DNA of 22,459 bases, from the NCBI GenBank assembly GCA_039815375.1, contig JBCBZJ010000037.1, forward strand, positions 1 to 22,459, written 5' to 3'. This DNA comes from Verrucomicrobiota bacterium. Its GTDB lineage: Bacteria > Verrucomicrobiota > Verrucomicrobiia > Opitutales > Coraliomargaritaceae. Position numbers and translations under genes: made by a program. Positions 17,793 to 22,459 of the stretch are shown here, piece by piece (the first letter of the stretch is position 1; each line of letters starts with the position of its first letter). The notes under the pieces are model-generated. The model was not told the origin of the DNA, made no database searches, and worked only from the letters and a program-made list of their open reading frames with translations.

Positions 17793-18167
17793 TTAACGCG
17801 GGGAATTGATCTCCAGCATCGCCAGATCGGAGGAAATTTCATAAGGCTCTGATATCGCGTAGGTGCGGCCGCTAGGCATCTCAAGCTCGCGCACCCAAAC
17901 AACCTGATTTTCCATCGAAGGCCGCAGTGTGCCAGCAACTTTGCCTTGTAAGACGACCGGCTGGTGGATGGCAGCAATACGTTCATCCAGAAAGCCGATC
18001 TTGCGCACCATTTCAGCGAGCTCTGCTTCGATCTGTTTGGTGCTTTGGGCGGTGCGTGAAATTTGCTGCTGCATCCACACTATCCCGAAAGCACTGCCAA
18101 CCGTGATGGCAATCATTCCAAGGATGAGGGCTAAACAGCGTGCTCGGGTGCTTGGGCTAAGTTTCAT
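17793..18167 (-). CDS. ftsL: FtsL-like bitopic coiled-coil cell division protein
   Basis: Short basic N-terminus, one TM helix, then a heptad-like helix (ISRTAQSTKQIEAELAEMVRKIGFLDERIAAI); canonical position between rsmH and ftsI. Assigned by synteny and topology only. Confidence 0.65.
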   Translation of the reverse strand: MKLSPSTRARCLALILGMIAITVGSAFGIVWMQQQISRTAQSTKQIEAELAEMVRKIGFLDERIAAIHQPVVLQGKVAGTLRPSMENQVVWVRELEMPSGRTYAISEPYEISSDLAMLEINSPR

Positions 18168-18178
18168 GTTGATTGTGG

Positions 18179-19111
18179 TTAGGAAAGTTTACGTATCGCG
18201 CGCATCCGGGCGCTGCGGCTTCGCGGGTTTGAAGCAATCTCTGCCTCTGTGGGCGATATCGGGCGTGTCGAAATCATTTCGGCAAGGACCTCGCGTTCGT
18301 CCTGCGTGCGGCTATCGTGGGAATGCTCAGGACGTCCGGCCATACGGCGGCAGAAGCGCTTGACGATACGGTCCTCCAGAGAGTGGAAGCTGATTGCGGC
18401 AAGAATGCCGCCAGGCAAGAGGCGATCAAAAGCAGCAGGTAAGCCGCGTTCGATCGCACTCAATTCATCATTCACCTCTATCCTGATACCCTGAAAAGTT
18501 CTGGTGGCCGGATGCACTGTTTTGCGACCACGTGGGGCAGGACCAACCGCTTCCGCGATTAGAGCAGCCAGCGCTTCGGTCCGTTGCAGGCGACCGGTGC
18601 CACGGGCTTCAAGAATCGATTTAATGACGCGTCGCCACTTCTTCTCTTCACCGTAATTACGGATCGCGCGCACGAGTGATTCCTCGTCGGCAGTTTCAAG
18701 AAATTCGGCTGCGCTGATACCTGAACAAGGGTTCATCCTCATATCTACCGGAGCATCGCTGCGGAAGGAAAAACCACGCTCGACCGTATCGAGTTGGAAG
18801 GAGGAAAGGCCAAAGTCGAAAAAAGCGCCGTTGAAGCCAGACTCGTCCAGGGTCTCCAGCTCGCCGAAATTAATGTGATGGATGCGGAAGCGCTTTCCAA
18901 ATTCAGACTCGAAGGAACGCGAGCGAACAAGTGCCTCTGGATCCCGATCCAGCGCAACAACCAAGACGTCGTCTGCGGCTTCCAAAAAAGCACGGGTGTG
19001 ACCACCACCCCCAAAGGTTCCATCGAGTAGCTTTGTCCCAACACACGGACTCATCAATTCCAGCGCTTCGTTGAGCAGAACTGGAACATGGCCCCCCGGA
19101 GCGGTCGGCAT
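18179..19111 (-). CDS. rsmH: 16S rRNA m4C1402 methyltransferase RsmH (MraW)
   Basis: HVPVLL, DGTFGGGGHT, GLSSFQLD, RGFSF, DMRM, HPATRTFQGIRIEVNDEL, ISFHSLEDRIVK, NPRSRSA. ATG at 19111 preferred; 19138 is possible. Confidence 0.97.
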   Translation of the reverse strand: MPTAPGGHVPVLLNEALELMSPCVGTKLLDGTFGGGGHTRAFLEAADDVLVVALDRDPEALVRSRSFESEFGKRFRIHHINFGELETLDESGFNGAFFDFGLSSFQLDTVERGFSFRSDAPVDMRMNPCSGISAAEFLETADEESLVRAIRNYGEEKKWRRVIKSILEARGTGRLQRTEALAALIAEAVGPAPRGRKTVHPATRTFQGIRIEVNDELSAIERGLPAAFDRLLPGGILAAISFHSLEDRIVKRFCRRMAGRPEHSHDSRTQDEREVLAEMISTRPISPTEAEIASNPRSRSARMRAIRKLS

Positions 19112-19118
19112 CAGGCTG

Positions 19119-19352
19119 TCATCGATCGAAGAGAACATTCAGGAAGCTGTGAAAGAGAGATGAGCTTTGTTTTTCGCGGTGTAGCGCGCGCTCACGACGC
19201 CGAATTGCATCGCGAACTGTATCGGTTGTAAAAAGGGGACTTTTGGGAAGTTTGGTGAAGGACCAAGGCACTCGGCGCTCTCTCGAAGGATGGGTAATGT
19301 AGCCGGAGCTCCGGAAATTTTCGCGGGCAATGTCTTCGAGTATGTTATTCAT
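19119..19352 (-). CDS. Candidate small basic protein (77 aa) of unknown function
   Basis: Tiles the mraZ-rsmH gap on the operon strand: its ATG is 11 nt after the mraZ stop and its TGA is 7 nt before the rsmH ATG at 19111. Confidence 0.55.
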   Translation of the reverse strand: MNNILEDIARENFRSSGYITHPSRERRVPWSFTKLPKSPLFTTDTVRDAIRRRERALHREKQSSSLFHSFLNVLFDR

Positions 19353-19363
19353 AGCGTTCCGGG

Positions 19364-19828
19364 TTATAGTCCGAGGCGTCTAAAATCTTCTGCGTAGCTG
19401 CTCATGTCGTCATCGTCTTCGGCATTGAGCTGGTCGTATGCCTCGGCACTGTAGATGGAGAAGGTGGAAATCTCACCAAGTAGGACAGCCGACTTCTTAA
19501 GCTTCGCGTAGTCGACGAGTTTGTCGTTCAGATTGATACGTCCCTGCTTATCGCAGGAAAAACGATGCGCCTTCTGCATGACTCGACGGACTGCCCGACG
19601 GCCTTCTGCATCGCCCATGCTGATTTGTGAAATCCGCTCCTCTAGCTGCGCAATCATCTTAGGCGGCAAAACTGTCACGTAAGGACCATCCAAACTTGGT
19701 AGAGCAAGGAAGTCGTTCGACTCCCTCTCTAGCGGTGGACGCCAGGCGGAAGGAATCGTCAGACGACCTTTGTCGTCCAGGTTATGCCGGAATTCACCAA
19801 CAAATGTTCCTGTATGTAGCTCTGACAT
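19364..19828 (-). CDS. mraZ: Transcriptional regulator MraZ
   Basis: FVGEFRHNLDDKGRLTIP and a second repeat CDKQGRINL (two SpoVT/AbrB halves); first gene of dcw. The start is ATG at 19828; the longer track start runs through the operator repeats. Confidence 0.95.
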   Translation of the reverse strand: MSELHTGTFVGEFRHNLDDKGRLTIPSAWRPPLERESNDFLALPSLDGPYVTVLPPKMIAQLEERISQISMGDAEGRRAVRRVMQKAHRFSCDKQGRINLNDKLVDYAKLKKSAVLLGEISTFSIYSAEAYDQLNAEDDDDMSSYAEDFRRLGL

Positions 19829-19840
19829 GAGACTCAATTC

Positions 19841-19876
19841 ACCATTTTGACCCATTTCGCTCCATTTTATCCCACT
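19841..19876 (-). promoter_or_regulatory. MraZ-binding direct repeats (dcw operator)
   Basis: Minus strand GAGTGGGATA-AAATGGAGCG-AAATGGGTCA-AAATGGT: four TGG boxes at an exact 10-bp period just upstream of mraZ, matching known TGGG/GTGG MraZ boxes. Confidence 0.85.
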
Positions 19877-19976
19877 CGTCAAGCGAAATTCCATCTGATT
19901 TAGCGTGAATAAGTTGTGCATAACTTACCTAAATCACTCTCAACAAATGAATTAGTCGTTGAATAGATTCTTTCTT

Positions 19977-19985
19977 TGCTATGAT
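19977..19985 (+). promoter_or_regulatory. Candidate extended -10 promoter for metF
   Basis: TG-C-TATGAT in the AT-rich divergent spacer about 100 bp upstream of metF; TTGAAT at 19959-19964 (15-bp spacer). Confidence 0.4.
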
Positions 19986-20063
19986 AAAGAATGCTCTCGA
20001 TCAACCCACTCCACGATGGCGAGAAAATGTATTCACGAGCCAACAATCACCTTTACATATCAA

Positions 20064-20085
20064 CATATCATAATAACTTGATATG
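20064..20085. promoter_or_regulatory. Palindromic operator at the metF start, SahR-like
   Basis: CATATCA-TAATAACT-TGATATG inverted repeat, similar to the ATATCAA-N6-TTGATAT type of SahR methionine-cycle operator as I recall it. Confidence 0.55.
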
Positions 20086-20979
20086 AATATGTTCAAGCTG
20101 CCCCAAGACGACAGAGACAAGGTCGAAAAACCGCTTTTCTCGATCGAATTTTTCCCACCCAAATCTGACGAGTCAGCCAGGCAACTGCTTTCAACTGCAG
20201 AACGTCTGAAGGCCCATGCCCCAAATTTCGCTTCGATCACATATGGTGCAGGTGGCAGCACACGCAGCCGAACATTGAAATACGCAAAGTGTTTGAGTCA
20301 GGACTATGGCTACTCAGTGATGCCCCACTTGACCTGCGTTGGACATTCACGCGAAGAGCTACGCGACATCATCGAAGAGTTCAAGTCTGCAGGCTTGAAG
20401 CAAATTATGGCTCTGCGCGGTGATCCGCCAAAAGGACAAGCCGGCTTTGAACCCCATCCTGAAGGACTATCCTACGCCAACGAGCTGGTTCAACTCATCC
20501 GTGAGACCTATCCGGAATGCACAATCGGCGTTGCAGGTTATCCAGAAAAGCACCCTGAGGCGCCCTCTCCTGAAATCGACCTACTCAACCTGAAGCGAAA
20601 AGTTGATGCAGGTGGTGACTTTATCACCACCCAGCTCTTCCTCGATAACTGCTACTATTTCGAGTTTGTTGACCAGTGCCTTCAGGCTGGAATCAAAGCA
20701 CCAGTCCTGCCTGGTCTCATGTGCATCACCTCCTTTGAACAGGCCCAAAGATTCTGCGCCATGTGCGGCACAACCGTCCCTGCAGAACTGGCAAAGCAAC
20801 TAGAAAAAGCCGGCAAGGACAAGGCAGCCTCCGAAGCTGTCGGAATTGAGTGGGCAGCTGAACAGGCCCGCGAATTGCTCGAAAAGGGGGCACCCGGCAT
20901 CCATCTTTACATCTTGAATCGTGCGCAGCCCGCAATCTCAATGATGCGGAAACTACAAGCAGCCGGTTTCTATAAGTAA
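20083..20979 (+). CDS. metF: 5,10-methylenetetrahydrofolate reductase MetF
   Basis: FSIEFFPPK, ITYGAGGSTR, HLTC, ALRGD, AGYPEKHPEA, ITTQLF, GIHLYILN. Start at 20083 or 20089. Confidence 0.96.
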   Translation: MNMFKLPQDDRDKVEKPLFSIEFFPPKSDESARQLLSTAERLKAHAPNFASITYGAGGSTRSRTLKYAKCLSQDYGYSVMPHLTCVGHSREELRDIIEEFKSAGLKQIMALRGDPPKGQAGFEPHPEGLSYANELVQLIRETYPECTIGVAGYPEKHPEAPSPEIDLLNLKRKVDAGGDFITTQLFLDNCYYFEFVDQCLQAGIKAPVLPGLMCITSFEQAQRFCAMCGTTVPAELAKQLEKAGKDKAASEAVGIEWAAEQARELLEKGAPGIHLYILNRAQPAISMMRKLQAAGFYK

Positions 20980-21281
20980 TGAAGCCTCTCAACATACAAC
21001 TTATCGGCACAGATCTCGCCATCGCCTGGGAAGACGGCAGCGAAAGCTTTTTCCCATCAGAATTTCTTCGTCAATACTCGCCCAGCGCCCAGAATATGGG
21101 CGAGAAAGATATTTTCGGTAACCAATACGGCGGCGACGGGCCAAAAGAGTTTCCCGGCGTGAAGATCGAAAGCTGGGATTTGGTAGGTAACTATGCGATG
21201 CGCCCCTGGTTCAGCGATGGACACAATACCGGGCTATTCAGCTGGGACTACCTTCGCGATCTAGAACAGAAACTGAACTAA
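20979..21281 (+). CDS. DUF971 / gamma-butyrobetaine hydroxylase-like N-terminal domain protein
   Basis: WEDG...FLRQYSPSA...VGNYA...FSDGHNTGLFSWDYL; TAATG stop/start overlap with metF. Confidence 0.88.
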   Translation: MKPLNIQLIGTDLAIAWEDGSESFFPSEFLRQYSPSAQNMGEKDIFGNQYGGDGPKEFPGVKIESWDLVGNYAMRPWFSDGHNTGLFSWDYLRDLEQKLN

Positions 21282-21299
21282 TCCCAAGCATAAGCAGGA

Positions 21300-21318
21300 T
21301 TATTACAACTGTGTAACA
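21300..21318 (+). promoter_or_regulatory. Candidate pho-box-like direct repeat
   Basis: TTATTACA-ACT-GTGTAACA: two half-sites at an 11-bp period upstream of a PlcP-like gene. The second half matches CTGT(C/A)A(C/T) at 6/7; the first is weak. Confidence 0.35.
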
Positions 21319-21401
21319 AGATAGACGCTCAGGTTAAATATCTTTGACCGCGACGAGCTAGAGGGGCTTCATTATGAGGCAGATACCGCTGACCGCCTGC
21401 C

Positions 21402-22277
21402 GTGAAAAAGACCACCTTATCCTACAAGACTATCTTTATCTCCGACGTGCACTTGGGCACACTCGACTGCAAGATTGAGGAGGTAAATCACTTCCTGAAA
21501 CACACACACTGCGAAAAGCTCGTCCTAAATGGCGACATCATTGACGGCTGGAGCTTGGCCCGCAAAGGCGGCTGGACAGACAAGCACACACGTTTTATCA
21601 GACTCGTTTTAAAGAAAGTCGAAAAGCGCGACACCGAAGTCATTTACTTGCGCGGCAATCACGACGATATACTCAGTCGCTTTCTACCTCTGTTTTTTGG
21701 TAAACTTAAAGTCGTTAATGAACACATCCACGAAAGCCCAAAAGGCAATTACCTCGTAGTGCACGGTGACGGTTTTGACGCCGTCACGATTAACCATAAG
21801 TGGCTCGCAGTTCTTGGCGACATCGGCTACCAAACCCTGCTCAAGATCAATCGCGCCTACAACCACTATCGCTCGTGGCGCGGCAAGGGATATTTCTCAC
21901 TCAGCAAAGCAATCAAAGCGAAAGTGAAAACTGCCGTCAGCTTCGTCGGTAAATACGAAGACCAACTGCAGAACTTCGCCCGCAAGCGAGAATGCAGCGG
22001 CATTATCTGCGGCCACATTCACACACCAGACGACAAACAAATTGGGGACATCCACTACCTCAATTCCGGAGACTGGGTCGAATCGCTCACTGCTATCGTC
22101 GAATACGAAGACGGGCGGTTCGAAATCATTAGTTATAAAGACTTTTGCCAACGCCTTGAAGAAAAAGTGCGCCTCAAAGCCGAGCAGCGAGCACAGGCGA
22201 ATGAAGACATACTCGACAGCGACCCAGGGCCAGTCGAAGAGGACGAATCCGCCGATCATACGAGCGGAGCAGCTTAG
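21402..22277 (+). CDS. LpxH2/PlcP-type calcineurin-like metallophosphoesterase (usually annotated UDP-2,3-diacylglucosamine diphosphatase)
   Basis: ISDVHLG, GDIIDGW, GNHD, HGDGFD, CGHIH, YLNSGDWVES; GTG start; acidic C-terminal tail. Confidence 0.9.
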   Translation: MKKTTLSYKTIFISDVHLGTLDCKIEEVNHFLKHTHCEKLVLNGDIIDGWSLARKGGWTDKHTRFIRLVLKKVEKRDTEVIYLRGNHDDILSRFLPLFFGKLKVVNEHIHESPKGNYLVVHGDGFDAVTINHKWLAVLGDIGYQTLLKINRAYNHYRSWRGKGYFSLSKAIKAKVKTAVSFVGKYEDQLQNFARKRECSGIICGHIHTPDDKQIGDIHYLNSGDWVESLTAIVEYEDGRFEIISYKDFCQRLEEKVRLKAEQRAQANEDILDSDPGPVEEDESADHTSGAA

Positions 22278-22459
22278 CCAAAGACCTGTTTTCTAAGTCC
22301 CTGAATGGTAGCGAGTCCCTGCCATTCGGCGCCCCGGAGCAGGTTCGGTCTCGGTAAGGACTTCCGCTTTTTCTCCAACTGCCATGCGCCGAGATACCCT
22401 CCGACGAACTCCCGGCTGCCAAGAATCGCTCCATCGGTAAAGTAGCGCACGCGGCAGCG
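22274..22459 (-). CDS. C-terminal fragment of a probable REP-associated/IS200-like (Y1) tyrosine transposase; starts beyond the window
   Basis: My translation from the right edge: RCRVRYFTDGAILGSREFVGGYLGAWQLEKKRKSLPRPNLLRGAEWQGLATIQGLRKQVFG*. RVRYFTDG-x-x-LGS-x-x-FV resembles the C-terminal motif of RAYT-like transposases as I recall it. The catalytic HUH domain is not visible. Confidence 0.6.
   Translation of the reverse strand, partial: RCRVRYFTDGAILGSREFVGGYLGAWQLEKKRKSLPRPNLLRGAEWQGLATIQGLRKQVFG

Noticed and set aside
17549..17986. ORFs 17549-17986(-), 17565-17852(+) and 17189-17749(+) as the content of the ftsL-ftsI gap
   Set aside because: They overlap ftsL or ftsI extensively or lie on the wrong strand; 17544-17756 fits the gap better.
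19139..19330. 63-aa alternative-frame ORF in the mraZ-rsmH gap
   Set aside because: Non-ATG start and poorer tiling than 19119-19352; not fully excluded.
19829..19921. 31-aa N-terminal extension of MraZ in the ORF track
   Set aside because: It runs through the MraZ operator repeats and promoter; the MraZ fold begins just after the ATG at 19828.
19930..20082. SAM or SAH riboswitch upstream of metF
   Set aside because: The leader is AT-rich, and I could not find the conserved cores or stems of SAM-I, SAM-II, SAM-V or SAH riboswitches.
22174..22434. 86-aa minus-strand ORF in the track
   Set aside because: Wrong frame; it overlaps the phosphoesterase by about 100 bp, while the adjacent frame ending at 22274 gives a recognisable motif.

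Overview
Core-genome window from a bacterium, most likely Verrucomicrobiota (Opitutia/Coraliomargarita-like). This is inferred from the MurC-MurB fusion, the LysM gene between murD and ftsW, the divergent FtsZ and a PEP-CTERM protein. About 19.6 kb is a complete minus-strand dcw cluster: mraZ-(small ORF)-rsmH-ftsL-like-(structured spacer/small ORF)-ftsI-murE-murF-mraY-murD-LysM-ftsW-murG-murC/murB fusion-ddl-ftsQ-ftsA-ftsZ. The left edge carries the C-terminus of a PEP-CTERM protein. Divergent from mraZ are metF, a DUF971 protein and an LpxH2/PlcP-type metallophosphoesterase. The right edge holds the C-terminus of a probable RAYT/IS200-like transposase that the ORF track missed. I cannot demonstrate a new multi-gene system. 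The best leads are two unexplained ~250 bp inserts in the dcw operon (one strongly base-paired with alternative pairings, both with 70-77 aa small ORFs), an FtsZ lacking the catalytic T7-loop aspartate, and candidate operators (MraZ boxes, a SahR-like palindrome at metF, a pho-box-like repeat at the plcP-like gene).
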